From: an uncultured Phycisphaerales bacterium
Lineage (GTDB): Bacteria; Planctomycetota; Phycisphaerae; Sedimentisphaerales; Anaerobacaceae
Length of the DNA stretch: 64,000 nucleotides
Direction: 5' to 3'
Assembly: GCA_963718665.1 (NCBI GenBank)
Contig: OY970359.1
Location: 1,440,001-1,504,000 of the forward strand
Part shown: piece by piece, positions 37,797 to 48,805 of the stretch
Numbering within the stretch: the first letter of the stretch is position 1
How the letters are laid out: the number at the start of each line of letters is the position of its first letter
Position numbers and translations under genes: made by a program
The notes under the pieces: generated by a model
Database searches by the model: none
What the model saw: the letters and a program-made list of their open reading frames with translations, nothing else
What the model was told of the DNA's origin: nothing

Positions 37797-39597
37797 TTAT
37801 TGTTCGGGGACGGGGCCAATCAGGGCGGCAAAGTCCGTGAACGAGGATTTGTCGCCCGAACATATTAACTGGATAAGCGCCGCGTTTTTCGGCGAGTTTT
37901 TAGTGATGAACCGTCGGGCGACAATCGCCTTGCGTTTTTTCATAGGCATCGTCTGCTCTTTTGCTTCGTCTGAATCCTCGACCGCGACGGTCATCTCGAC
38001 CTTCGTGCTTGCGTAATCGCAGAACAAATACCCCACGATTAAATCCATCGCGATATCGACCAGCGGTCTTCCGTAGAGGTCCATATACTCCGCGCCCTGC
38101 TGTTTGACAAACGCGACGGCTGAGAATAGCTGTTTTGTTCCTTCGGCTAATTTGGCGAGCAGGTCTTTCAATTCGGGGTCATATTCTTTCTGCGCCAGCT
38201 CCGCAAGGTACTTTTCCGCTGTGCCGCTGCAAACGCCGCGGACCGCCGCGACAATTTGCAACTGAGAAGTGCCTTCGTAAATCGTCGTGATTCGGGCGTC
38301 GCGCGCATGCCGCTCGACCGCGTAATCGCGCATATAACCCGAACCGCCGAGAACCTGGATTGAGTCATAACTGACGCGGTTTGCCATTTCAGAGCATATA
38401 TATTTGCTCATCGGGGTCAGCATCGACGCGAGCCGGTCAAATCGGCGCGTCTGCTCTTTCAGCGATTTCAGTTTCTCTTTATCCGTAGGCGGGTTTAATT
38501 CGAGCTGCTTTTCACAGGAGATATTTATATCGACGACACGGGACGTTTCATAAAGCATCGCCCGTCCCGCCTCAATCGAGATTTTCATATCAATCAGCAT
38601 GTCGCGGACGGCAGGCAGCTTTTGTATTGCTGTGCCGAATTGTTTTCTGCTCGACGCGTAATCTCTCGCCACGCGATACGCCGCTTCGGCGATACCCAAT
38701 GACTGGCCGGCGATTCCGATACGCGCGCCGTTCATCAATGCCATAACGTATGTAACTAATCCGCGCTGCCTTTCGCCGATTAGCTGGCAGGGGGTGTTAT
38801 CGAAGAATATTTCGCAGGTGGGGCTGCCGTGAATGCCTAACTTGTCTTCAAGCCGGCGGATATGCACGGTCGGGCCTCTGTCGCATACGAACAAGCTGAG
38901 TCCCAGTCCGCCTGTGCGGTCCGGCTCGCTTCTGGCTAACACGAGCAGAACTTCGCCGCAGCCATTGGTGATAAATCTCTTAACACCGTGCAACAACCAG
39001 TTGCCGTTGTTATCCTGGAACGCGCGCAGCTTGACGGCCTGCAAATCCGAACCGGCATCCGGCTCAGTAAGCACCATCGCGCCAGTAATTTTGCCGGCGG
39101 CAAAATCATGCAGGTATTTTTGTTTTATTTCCTCGGACGCGAAGGCATCGATTGTCCCCGCGATACCCTGTAACCCGAATATATTCATAAGCGAGGCGTC
39201 GGCGCGAGACGATTTCGGTCGCCATCGAATAGACGAGATTCGGGAAATTAATCCCGCCGAAACGGTGAGGCAATGTAAAACCCATCACCTCCGCCTTGGC
39301 TAATTTGTCCATTGATTCGGCGATTCCTTTTGCGTAACTCACTGAGCCGTCGGCGTTGAGGGTACTGCCTTCCCTGTCAACCGATTCAGCCCGCGGCGCG
39401 ATAAAGTCCCCGCTCAACTGACCGATAGAATCGAGAACCATCTCATAATTGCGTATCGCTTCATCGGCGTCGGCGGGCGCGGAATCGAACTGCGAAGCGA
39501 ATTTGAAATCCTCTTCACACAATTTAGCGAGAGCGCCCAGGTCGATGTGTTTGAATAAAAATCGTATGTCGTCGTTATCAGTGTAAAAATTTGGCAT
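37797..39597 (-). CDS. Acyl-CoA dehydrogenase; apparent frameshift near 39203
   Basis: MVLTEPDAGSDL, GVKRFITNG, KLGIHGSPT, QVLGGSGY, RDARITTIYEGTSQLQ; N-terminus in ORF 39106..39597. Confidence 0.93.
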
Positions 39598-39599
39598 CG

Positions 39600-40652
39600 T
39601 TATTTACCTTCGCCTATAGCTTCCTTGAATCCCTTTTCCTTGATTGCCTTTATCATTTTCGGGACGACATCGTTGAGGTCGCCGACGATTTTATAATGCG
39701 CCACGTCAAAAATAGGCGCCTGCGGGTCGTTGTTGATTGCGACGATTTTCTGGCTCTGGTTCATACCCGACTGATGCTGTATCGCCCCGCTGATTCCCAC
39801 CGCGATATAAAGCGATGGTCTGACGGTCGTGCCCGTCTGGCCCACCTGGTGGTCGTGGTCGATTAAACCGAGGTCAACCGCCGCCCTCGTTGCCGCGGGC
39901 GCTCCGCCCAAGCAATTCGCCAAATCCCAGATTAGCCGGAAGTTATCCTTGCTGCCCACTCCCGCGCCGCCCGCCACGATAATCCGAGCTGCCTTGAGGT
40001 CAACCTTCCTGGCCCGGGTATGCTCTTCGAGAATCTCGATTGGCAGTTCCTCCGGGGATAATTGAACCTTTTCAGTGATTACCTGGCCTTTCCTTTTGGT
40101 ATCGGGCGTCGGCATTACCATAACGCCTTCGCGGACGGTTGCCATCTGGGGCCAGCGGTCATAATTGATAATCGTCGCAATGATATTGCCGCCAAACGCG
40201 GGCCGAATCTGGAAGAGCAGGTTCTTGTGCAATTGGCCGTCGGTTGTCTTGTGGTCGCCGATTTGCAAATCAGTGCAGTCCGCCGTCAAACCCGCCTTGG
40301 TTACGCTTGCGATTCTCGGCCCCAAATCCCTGCCCACCGCCGTCGCGCCGTAAATCACAATCTGCGGCTTGTATTTGTGAATCAGGTCATAAATTATTTT
40401 GGTGTAGCTGTTTGCCTGATAATGTTCGAGCAGCGGATGCTCCGCAAGATAAACTTTGTCCGCTCCATACTGAATCAGTTTTTTCGCAAGGGCTTTTACG
40501 TTATCACCCAGCAGCAACGCACCAAGCCCAACACCAAGAATGTCCGCCAGATGCCGACCTTTGCTCATAAGCTCAATGGGCGTATCTTCCAGCAGGCCGC
40601 CGTGCTGTTCCGCGAATACCCAAACTTCACCCTGTCTGTTTACGTCAATCAT
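39600..40652 (-). CDS. etfA: Electron transfer flavoprotein alpha subunit
   Basis: GLTADCT, RPAFGGN, QVGQTG, GISGAIQH. Confidence 0.96.
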   Translation of the reverse strand: MIDVNRQGEVWVFAEQHGGLLEDTPIELMSKGRHLADILGVGLGALLLGDNVKALAKKLIQYGADKVYLAEHPLLEHYQANSYTKIIYDLIHKYKPQIVIYGATAVGRDLGPRIASVTKAGLTADCTDLQIGDHKTTDGQLHKNLLFQIRPAFGGNIIATIINYDRWPQMATVREGVMVMPTPDTKRKGQVITEKVQLSPEELPIEILEEHTRARKVDLKAARIIVAGGAGVGSKDNFRLIWDLANCLGGAPAATRAAVDLGLIDHDHQVGQTGTTVRPSLYIAVGISGAIQHQSGMNQSQKIVAINNDPQAPIFDVAHYKIVGDLNDVVPKMIKAIKEKGFKEAIGEGK

Positions 40653-40693
40653 ATTTCGTATCTCGTATTTCGTCGTTCGTATTTCGTAATTAG

Positions 40694-41605
40694 TTATGCG
40701 ATGATTTTGTCTTCGAGAAGTTCGTGAATCATACCAGCCAGGCCGTTGTCGGTCGGCTCAATCGATTTTGTTTCTTTGGCGGCCAGCACGACGCTTTGAA
40801 TCCGGTGAACTTTTGTGGGTGAGCCGCTCCTGCCGCACCACGTCAAATCCGCTTTCAGCAAATCAAGGTTCCACTGCTCTATGAGAAGCCCCTTCTTGTC
40901 CATCTCGCTGCATTTTTGCACGGCCAGTTCTTTTATCTCTTCTGCGCTGGCGTGAGGATTTTCGGCTTTTATCTTCTGCTCGACCTCCGCGGGCGTCATT
41001 GCGGCCTTGTATTTCATCATTTTTTTTGCCGCCGCGACTCTCGGCACGTTGGCCTCACCCGTTACCGTCAGCAGCACGGGCAACTGCGTTTTGACCTTCT
41101 GCCAGCCGTTGCCAATGTTGCGCTGAGCAGTTATCGTCTGCCCCTCGATTTCGACCGGCTTTTCAACGTAGGTGATTTGCGGTATTCCCAGTTTTTCCGC
41201 CAATTGAGGCCCAACCTGTGCGGTATCGCCGTCAATTGCCTGCCTGCCGCAAAGGACAATGTCATATTTAATCCGTTTTACTGCGCAACAGAGTATGTAA
41301 CTCGTTGCCAGGGTATCACTTGCAGCACAACGGGCGTCCGTAATCAGGATTGCCTCGTCGGCCCCGCGGTAAAGGGCGTCCTTTAGTGTCGCGACCGCCG
41401 CGGGCAGCCCCATTGTTATAACAGTAACCGTCCCGCCGAAGCGGTCCTTGATATCCAATGCCATTTCAAGGGCGTTAAGGTCTTCCGGGTTGAATATCGC
41501 CGGCAATGCCGCACGATTCACCGTTCCGTCATCGTTCATCGCCTTGCCCGTTACCCTTTTGGTGTCGGGCACCTGTTTTACCAGTACTACGCAATTATAC
41601 GCCAC
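40694..41605 (-). CDS. etfB: Electron transfer flavoprotein beta subunit
   Basis: VKQVPDT, SDTLATS, GRQAIDGDTAQVGP, GSPT. Confidence 0.96.
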   Translation of the reverse strand: MAYNCVVLVKQVPDTKRVTGKAMNDDGTVNRAALPAIFNPEDLNALEMALDIKDRFGGTVTVITMGLPAAVATLKDALYRGADEAILITDARCAASDTLATSYILCCAVKRIKYDIVLCGRQAIDGDTAQVGPQLAEKLGIPQITYVEKPVEIEGQTITAQRNIGNGWQKVKTQLPVLLTVTGEANVPRVAAAKKMMKYKAAMTPAEVEQKIKAENPHASAEEIKELAVQKCSEMDKKGLLIEQWNLDLLKADLTWCGRSGSPTKVHRIQSVVLAAKETKSIEPTDNGLAGMIHELLEDKIIA

Positions 41606-41843
41606 TTTTGGTCTCCTTACCGGCTTGGGTCAATAGCCGCAGCCGCAATCAAAGGAGGGCAGTGTAGCAGGATTCTCAGCTAAGTCAATGGCCCAGAAAG
41701 CGTTAAACTGGGAAGGCAAAATGGCCGATTTCGTTATTGGACCACAGTTAGATTCTATTTTTATTTTGACAAAGGTCTGGTATAACTAATAATAGCAGGA
41801 TTAAACTGGAAGAATACCTCCTTCCAAACCGGTAAATGGATAA

Positions 41844-43079
41844 ATGGTAAACGACAGTACCAGCTACGACACGATGTTCGGCAAAATAGCCCTCGACCAG
41901 GGACTTTGCACCAATGAAGAGCTGAGACGGTGCATCGATGAAATCGATAACCGCCAAAAAACCAACCCCACCCTACTCAGAGACCTTCTTGTCGAAAGGG
42001 GTTACCTCACAAAGTCACAGGCAAGCCGAGTCATCAACACCATCAAAGAGGCGCGCGGATCCACTGCGACCCATCAGATACCGGGCTATATGATAATGGG
42101 TAAATTAGGCGCAGGCGCAATGGCGGTAGTTTACAAAGCCAGGCAACTGAGTTTGGATAGAATTGTAGCCGTCAAGGTCCTGCCAAAGCGTTTTTCCGAA
42201 AACAAAGAATACGTGGAACGATTTTATAAAGAGGGTAAGGCCGCGGGCAAACTCAATCATCCCAATATCGTTCAGGCAGTGGACGTCGGCGAATCGGGCG
42301 GACACCATTACTTCGTAATGGAATACGTCGAAGGGAAAACCCTTTACGATGATTTGGCGGCAGGCAAAGTTTACGGCGAGAAAGAGGCGCTGGACGTTAT
42401 TATACAGGTAGCCGAGGCCCTCAGGCACGCTCACTCAGTTGGTCTTATTCACCGCGACGTAAAGCCGAAGAACATAATGATTAACAAGGAGGGGATAGTA
42501 AAACTGGCCGATATGGGTCTTGCGAGGCAGACGACTGACTTCGAAGCGGCCAAGATGGAGAAAGGCAAGGCGTACGGGACGCCTTATTATATTTCCCCGG
42601 AACAAATACGCGGCGAAATAGACGTTGACGGCAGGGCGGACATTTATGGCCTGGGCGCGACGTTCTATCATCTGGTAACCGGGCGCGTACCTTTTATGGC
42701 CGACGACCCGATGGAAGTAATGCGAAAGCATTTGAAAGACCAGCTTGTCCCGCCCGACCATATTAATACTTCGCTTTCCGCGGGCGTGTCGGAAATCATC
42801 GAAGTTATGATGGCCAAAGACAAAAAAAACCGGTACAGCAACATCGAGGAGCTGCTGGTTGATTTAAAGGCAGTCCGCGACGGCGGATCTCCAATGCGGG
42901 CACACAGACGAATGAACGTGTCTGAGCTCGAAAAGCTGGAGGACGGCGAGGTGGTCGAGGAATCGGAAAACGTTGACCTCGAACAGTCCGTCACGCGATA
43001 CAAGACAACCGTTCTTGTTCTGGGAGCCATGGCAGGTTTTCTGCTGCTGATTGTTCTTCTCCTGCTGTTCCGCAAATGA
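41844..43079 (+). CDS. Hanks-type Ser/Thr protein kinase with C-terminal TM anchor
   Basis: LGAGAMAVV, VAVK, HRDVKPKN, DMG, GTPYYISPE. Confidence 0.95.
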   Translation: MVNDSTSYDTMFGKIALDQGLCTNEELRRCIDEIDNRQKTNPTLLRDLLVERGYLTKSQASRVINTIKEARGSTATHQIPGYMIMGKLGAGAMAVVYKARQLSLDRIVAVKVLPKRFSENKEYVERFYKEGKAAGKLNHPNIVQAVDVGESGGHHYFVMEYVEGKTLYDDLAAGKVYGEKEALDVIIQVAEALRHAHSVGLIHRDVKPKNIMINKEGIVKLADMGLARQTTDFEAAKMEKGKAYGTPYYISPEQIRGEIDVDGRADIYGLGATFYHLVTGRVPFMADDPMEVMRKHLKDQLVPPDHINTSLSAGVSEIIEVMMAKDKKNRYSNIEELLVDLKAVRDGGSPMRAHRRMNVSELEKLEDGEVVEESENVDLEQSVTRYKTTVLVLGAMAGFLLLIVLLLLFRK

Positions 43080-43138
43080 ACCGATTGCGGTCAAATTTGA
43101 ATTTTCGGTTAACCCTTAATCACTAATCGTAATTATCT

Positions 43139-44164
43139 ATGGCGACAGGTGCGCGTTTTACGTCAGAAGAACTGGCAGATGTCCTCAGCCGGTATGATAT
43201 CGGCAAAATCCGCAAGGTAATGCGTCTTGTGGGTGGCAGCAAACACGCGCCTAAAATCGTTGTAACGACCAACCAGGGAAGGTTCCTCCTCAAACGCCGC
43301 CTGCAGGATAAAGACGACGTATATCGGGTCGCATTCGCACACGCCGTGCAGTCGCACTTGGCCAAACGATATTTCCCCGTCGCACCGCTGGTCGCTGCAC
43401 GGGATGAATTTGGAACCATACTGCAGCTTAGCAGTAATATATATGAGCTTTTCAAATTCGTGGGCGGTACCCGTTATTCCGGCTCAGCCGAAGCGACAAT
43501 CGACACGGGCAGACAGCTCGCGAAGTTTCACCAGTACCTGACCAATTTCAAATTCGAGTGGGAGCCGCTCAAAGCGAGTTTTCACAATTCGACGATGGTG
43601 AGGAGGCATCTTAAAACCATCGCCTCGGACATTTCGCAAAGCGACGAAAGGAAGCTTCACCGCTGCGGGGAAGAGCTGATGTCTCTTTACAACAGCGCCA
43701 GCGTGCAGGTTAACCAGCTTGACTTCGACTCCTGGCCCAAACAGGTCGTCCACGGCGACTGGCATCCGGGAAATATGCTCTTCAACAAAGATAAGCTTGT
43801 CGCTGTGCTTGATTTTGATTCCGTGAAAATCGCCCAGCCGGTTACTGATTTAGCCAACGCTATGCTTCAGTTCTCTCTGGTCGGCTATCATCCCAATCCT
43901 GCCGACTGGCCCGATTATCTTGACCAGGCCAAATTAGTCCAGGTCCTCGAAGGTTATCGTGAGGTTATCAACCTGGATAAATACCATCTCGCTTCGCTTC
44001 TGGATTTAATGATTGAGACAATGATAGCCGAGGCAGTTTTGCCTATCGCCGCCACGGGATTTTTCGGCAATCTTAAGGGGACGGATTTTCTGAATATGAT
44101 TGTTCGCAAAGCACGCTGGATTAACGACAACCGCAAAATCCTCACCGCGGCTATTGAATCGTAA
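43139..44164 (+). CDS. APH / type II homoserine kinase-like phosphotransferase
   Basis: HGDWHPGN and LDFD motifs. Confidence 0.85.
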   Translation: MATGARFTSEELADVLSRYDIGKIRKVMRLVGGSKHAPKIVVTTNQGRFLLKRRLQDKDDVYRVAFAHAVQSHLAKRYFPVAPLVAARDEFGTILQLSSNIYELFKFVGGTRYSGSAEATIDTGRQLAKFHQYLTNFKFEWEPLKASFHNSTMVRRHLKTIASDISQSDERKLHRCGEELMSLYNSASVQVNQLDFDSWPKQVVHGDWHPGNMLFNKDKLVAVLDFDSVKIAQPVTDLANAMLQFSLVGYHPNPADWPDYLDQAKLVQVLEGYREVINLDKYHLASLLDLMIETMIAEAVLPIAATGFFGNLKGTDFLNMIVRKARWINDNRKILTAAIES

Positions 44165-44221
44165 GAAACCTTTTTGCGCATCACCGCCAGCCGACGCAGA
44201 AAGAATCAATACCTTCTCAAA

Positions 44222-44821
44222 CTAAGGCATCCCGGCCGTGGTGTGGCCAATAGCAAGATTGGTTGTGGAGATTACCTTGAAGTCGGCCTCAGACGGGCCT
44301 TTGATGCCCAAACGGATTGGTGAGCCGCAGCAGTTTTCAAGGGCGACGAATTTGAAATTATGCAGTCCTTTTTTCAATTCGACGGCTGTTATAATGGGCT
44401 TGTCGTATGAGGCCCGGATATCGAGGTCGCTGAACATAACGACTTTTTCATCGATAATCAGCGCCGACGCGATACCAGCGTCGTAAGAAAGAGCAAACTT
44501 CCATTGGCCGGATTTTTCCGCGTTGAATGAAAAGGTTGTTACATAAGCGACATCCCTGTCGGGCCTGCCGAAGATGTTTTGCCCGTTAAGTCCATTGGCC
44601 TCTTCAACCTCGGCGCAATTGTAATCCGCGCTGTCGGCAAGAATATTGTTAATATCATTGATATCGTGCGACCGTTTTGCGACGGATACGTTATACACCT
44701 CAAAAAATATGCTTTTGTCGGAGTCCTTGTCGCAATTGGTTTGGCCTGCACAGGGCATAACAACTGCCGGTATTAACACAAAATATAAGAACATCCTCAT
44801 AATCTTCCTCTTTTCCTTCAT
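44222..44821 (-). CDS. Secreted PA14-like protein with vicinal cysteines (CCXG-like)
   Basis: Signal peptide; SGQWKF...D......IID, LKKGLH.F....ENCCG. Confidence 0.6.
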   Translation of the reverse strand: MKEKRKIMRMFLYFVLIPAVVMPCAGQTNCDKDSDKSIFFEVYNVSVAKRSHDINDINNILADSADYNCAEVEEANGLNGQNIFGRPDRDVAYVTTFSFNAEKSGQWKFALSYDAGIASALIIDEKVVMFSDLDIRASYDKPIITAVELKKGLHNFKFVALENCCGSPIRLGIKGPSEADFKVISTTNLAIGHTTAGMP

Positions 44822-44919
44822 TTAATTAATCATCGGTTATGCGTCTTGACCATCGATAACGTCAATAGTTTATACGACTGAGGGTTCAACATTCAATCGA
44901 ATTTGAAAAATCCGCAAAC

Positions 44920-44949
44920 AAAAACCCCCGGCAAAAACGACCGGGGGTT
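44920..44949 (-). terminator. Rho-independent terminator after the EF-G paralog
   Basis: AACCCCCGG-N-CCGGGGGTT hairpin with a T-run on the minus strand. Confidence 0.75.
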
Positions 44950-44974
44950 GATACTCAAGCATAAATAAATTTCT

Positions 44975-47008
44975 TTATTCCGCAGTATGTTTTGGTTTAG
45001 CGTAAGCAGCAACGACGTTCGCCTGGATGTTCGGCGGGACGGGTTCATAATGACTCAGTGACATTGAGTAGCTGCCACGGCCGCCCGTAACCGATTTCAA
45101 CTGGCTGTTATACTGCGTAACCTCAGACAACGGCACCTGCGCCTTAATAAGCAGCATATTGCCCGGCAGCATATCCTGCCCCAGCACCCTGCCCCGCTTG
45201 CCCGCGAGGTCGCCCGCGATATCGCCGATGTTCTCAGCCGGCGCGGTTACTTCGATATTGACTATTGGTTCGAGCAGGACCGGCCTTGCTTTTTCGAGCG
45301 CTTCAAGAAACGCGCCTTTGCCTGCCGCCCGGAACGCCACTTCCTTTGAATCGACCGGATGATACTTGCCGTCGTAAACGGAAACCTTCACGTCCTGCAA
45401 CGGGAAACCCGCGACGAAACCGTTTTCCATAATCTCGTTGACGCCTTTCAGCACCGCCGGCTCGTACTGGCCTGGAATCGACCCGCCGAAAATGTCCCAG
45501 CTATATACCAATGGCGGGTCGGAATTTCGCGGCGCCGGCTCAATGCGAAGATAAACCTCGCCGAACTGCCCCGCTCCGCCCGTCTGCTTCTTGTGTCGAT
45601 AATGACCTTCCGCCTTAAGAGTAATCGTCTCGCGGTATGGTATCTTCGGCTCCTTGGTGTTGACCTTGAGCTTCGAACGGTTTTCCATTTTTTCGAGCAT
45701 CACACGAAGATGCAAATCGCCGAGACCGTTGAGAACAAGCTCTTTGGTTTGGGCATCCCTTGTAACTTTCAGGCAGGGGTCTTCCTCGCAAAGTTTCTCC
45801 AGCGCCGTGCCGATTTTCTGCTCATCGCCTCTCGCTGCCGGCTCAAGTGCCAGCGCGAACATCGGCGAAGGGGCCTCGGGCATTTCGAATTTGCCTGCTA
45901 TTTTGCCATCGCCAATCACGTCCCCAACCCTAAGATCCTCAATTTTCGCAAGCGTTATAATGTCACCCGCAACGCCCACGGGGATTTCCTGTGTCTCGCC
46001 GCCCTGAGATTTCAAAATGTGGCCCGGTCGAACGCCCTTTTTGTCGTCGTTGCGAATCATATTCGTGTCGGATTTAATAGTCCCGCTGAATATGCGTATG
46101 GATGAAAATTTCATATTCGACCTGGGGTCAAACGAAACGCGGAACACCAGGCCGGCAAGCGGCCCCGCGGGGTCTGCCGGAAGCACCGTTTCCTTGTCGC
46201 CTGCCTTTAGTTTTGCCGGCTCCGCCTGTGCCGGCGACGGGGTATATTTCACGATAAGATTCAAAAGCCCCTCAATGCCCACTTCTTTTCTGGCGTTCGT
46301 AAAAACAATCGGAACAACGTTCCCGGCCCGCAACGCCTGGACAAAAACCGCCGAAACCTTCTCCGCCGGTATCTGCTCGCCGCCCAGGTAGCTTTCCATA
46401 AGCTTGTCGTCCGCCTCGATTACGCTTTCGATAAGCTCCGTATGCGCCTGCGCAACATCCATAACGGGCGATGTGCCCGCGCTGTTTTCTATGCAGTCGA
46501 TTACTGACGCTTTGTCCGCAGCAGGCAGATTCGCGCATCGGCACTGCGTCCCGAAAAACTCCTGTATGTCCTTAATTAATCGGGGCAGCTCCGCGTTTTC
46601 CGCGTCCATCTTGTTGATGACTATCAGCTTGGCCTTGCCGGTCTTTGTCGCCGTCTCGAACACTTTGCGGGTTACGGTTTCGACGCCTGATGCAGCGTTA
46701 ATGACGATTACGACCGTCTCCGCGCCGACAATCGCTTTTATCGAAGGCCCTATGAAATCAGGATACCCCGGCGTATCGATTATGTTTATCTGCTTGCCCC
46801 CGTACTGGGCGTGAACCACCGACGACTTTATCGAATGGCCGTGTGCCTTCTCCTCATCGTAATAATCGCAGATACTGGTCTTGTCATCTACGCTGCCTAA
46901 TCGATTGGTCGCCCCTGTCTTGTGCAGTATCGCCTCGACGAGCGAGGTTTTGCCTGCGCCGCCGTGACCCATTATTACTATATTGCGTATATCGCCGGTA
47001 TTTGCCAC
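44975..47008 (-). CDS. fusA: Elongation factor G paralog (EF-G2-like)
   Basis: GHGGAGKT, DTPGYPDF, NKMD, KKQTGGAGQFG, YHPVDS; lacks the canonical HIDAGKTT and RGITI; probable GTG start 47008. Confidence 0.92.
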   Translation of the reverse strand: MANTGDIRNIVIMGHGGAGKTSLVEAILHKTGATNRLGSVDDKTSICDYYDEEKAHGHSIKSSVVHAQYGGKQINIIDTPGYPDFIGPSIKAIVGAETVVIVINAASGVETVTRKVFETATKTGKAKLIVINKMDAENAELPRLIKDIQEFFGTQCRCANLPAADKASVIDCIENSAGTSPVMDVAQAHTELIESVIEADDKLMESYLGGEQIPAEKVSAVFVQALRAGNVVPIVFTNARKEVGIEGLLNLIVKYTPSPAQAEPAKLKAGDKETVLPADPAGPLAGLVFRVSFDPRSNMKFSSIRIFSGTIKSDTNMIRNDDKKGVRPGHILKSQGGETQEIPVGVAGDIITLAKIEDLRVGDVIGDGKIAGKFEMPEAPSPMFALALEPAARGDEQKIGTALEKLCEEDPCLKVTRDAQTKELVLNGLGDLHLRVMLEKMENRSKLKVNTKEPKIPYRETITLKAEGHYRHKKQTGGAGQFGEVYLRIEPAPRNSDPPLVYSWDIFGGSIPGQYEPAVLKGVNEIMENGFVAGFPLQDVKVSVYDGKYHPVDSKEVAFRAAGKGAFLEALEKARPVLLEPIVNIEVTAPAENIGDIAGDLAGKRGRVLGQDMLPGNMLLIKAQVPLSEVTQYNSQLKSVTGGRGSYSMSLSHYEPVPPNIQANVVAAYAKPKHTAE

Positions 47009-47445
47009 TTTCGGTTCTCCAATAATAAGGTTACAACCGCCTGTCCGCCATAAAAGCCCTAAAACAAACCAGTATAGGAAAAAACCCCGCGTAGAACAAG
47101 CCCCCTGTAAGGAAAAAATCCGCCCGGCTGACACACCCTAAAGCCGGCCGTTTCTCATCAAATGCTGGTCTTAAACATTCTTGTTTCAAACGGAAAAATT
47201 TTTCGCTATTGCAAATTTTTCCTCCGCCCCCTAAGCAGACCCTTCACGATGTTTTTATTGGACATTCACGACCCCCCAAACACCCCCATCCCATATATTG
47301 TGTATCAGGCCATCGGTTTACTGTATGTCGGGGTTTTAGTTATGGGGCGTTGATGTTGCCTTTGCAGGAGCGACTCAAGAAAATTCGACTTCTGTGTCGA
47401 TACTGCGAACAGCCATTAAGAATTTTTATTGAAGGATTTTGTGAT

Positions 47446-47595
47446 ATGAGCAAAAGGGAATTGATTGATTGCATCTGCGAGATAAACAAGTCCGCAAGGC
47501 CGGATTTCCTGGCAAAATTCTCAGAAGATGAGCTAAAGGCCTACCTCGAACACTTAATGGAACTGGACCTCGAAGAACTGCTCGTCTGTGCCTGA
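47446..47595 (+). CDS. Small acidic helical protein (49 aa)
   Basis: GAAGGA upstream; MSKRELIDCICEINKSARPDFLAKFSEDELKAYLEHLMELDLEELLVCA*. Confidence 0.65.
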   Translation: MSKRELIDCICEINKSARPDFLAKFSEDELKAYLEHLMELDLEELLVCA

Positions 47596-47705
47596 CAGGC
47601 CCAATCGGCTTACGGAGAAGAAAGAAATACTCCCTGGAGGGGGGCCATAAAATACCAAATCAATTAACCACAAAAATCATCGTCTCTTTTACTCTCGCCG
47701 GAAAA

Positions 47706-48749
47706 TCATTGCTTTGGGGCCTGCTCAGCGGGAACCATCGGCGGTACCTCCGCAATCGCGTTCGCCCTTAGACCTATCGCCACGGGTTCAGAATCCTTTG
47801 GCACAGATAACACGAAATCAATCCATAACGTGCCATCTTTTACGTCCTTGGGATTAAGTGGAATTTCTTCTTTTGGCCCTACCTTCTTGACCTGGTCTCC
47901 CGTGAGATAGCCGATTAAGTCAGCGGTAACAGCGCTGCCGCCCAGACGCTGTTTATCACCCTTATCCACTTTTTTGCACATAAAGCGCAGTTGATTTGTC
48001 GCCAAAGAACCTTCCGTTAATATTCTGCCGGCTAATCCGACGCGCGTGATAATCAACTCGTAGTCGGTGATAGGTGGTATTGCATCACCGCTGGTGTACT
48101 TAAGCCCGGCTGGTGCGGGCCAGGCCGCCGTTTTCGCCGGTGTAGTTATGACGCCGGGGTCGGTGCGGACTTTCACTTTAGGATTGAGCCGGTTGAGGTA
48201 TAATTCGTCAACGAACCCGGCGTGCAGAACCGCGAAACTCTGCGTTCCGCTTGCGCTGCCGCCGCTGATAATGCCGAACAATCCTGCCAGAAAACCGTCA
48301 GGATTAAGTAACGCGTTGGCCGGTTTTTTGAGGTCGGGCCTGGAGGCGTCGAATCGCTGATAAGGATAACCGTCGGGCAGCGGTGATATCGCCGCGCCGA
48401 TTAACAGCACGCCAGAAACAACGTAACCAAGCAAAAGACCAAATACTATCCGCCCGACTCGCTCTGGCATAACGCCGAAATCGATTTTTTGTTTGGTAAG
48501 CGTGATGGCGGCGGTTTGAAGAACCGCGAATGTAATTACAAATAACATTCCGAAGCAAACCGGCTGGGCCAAATCAACAAGCATCTCCTGCTTGATTACT
48601 ATTTCCGACAACTGCTCATACCACCACAACGCCACAAAGCTTGCACACAACGCCGCAATAAACATCTCGAATGATTTTACCAAAGTACCCTTGAGATACT
48701 GGACCACGGCGCATCCCGCCATAATTATTAGTATCACTGCGCTTATCAT
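47706..48749 (-). CDS. CvpA-like membrane protein with periplasmic C-terminal extension
   Basis: Four N-terminal TMs, ERVGRIVFGLLLG; co-oriented with the pilT/pilB-like genes. Confidence 0.6.
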   Translation of the reverse strand: MISAVILIIMAGCAVVQYLKGTLVKSFEMFIAALCASFVALWWYEQLSEIVIKQEMLVDLAQPVCFGMLFVITFAVLQTAAITLTKQKIDFGVMPERVGRIVFGLLLGYVVSGVLLIGAAISPLPDGYPYQRFDASRPDLKKPANALLNPDGFLAGLFGIISGGSASGTQSFAVLHAGFVDELYLNRLNPKVKVRTDPGVITTPAKTAAWPAPAGLKYTSGDAIPPITDYELIITRVGLAGRILTEGSLATNQLRFMCKKVDKGDKQRLGGSAVTADLIGYLTGDQVKKVGPKEEIPLNPKDVKDGTLWIDFVLSVPKDSEPVAIGLRANAIAEVPPMVPAEQAPKQ

Positions 48750-48805
48750 TACAACCTCATTTTCACATTAACTTTTGTGCCGAGCGTTCATCGCCCGGCT
48801 CTGTT

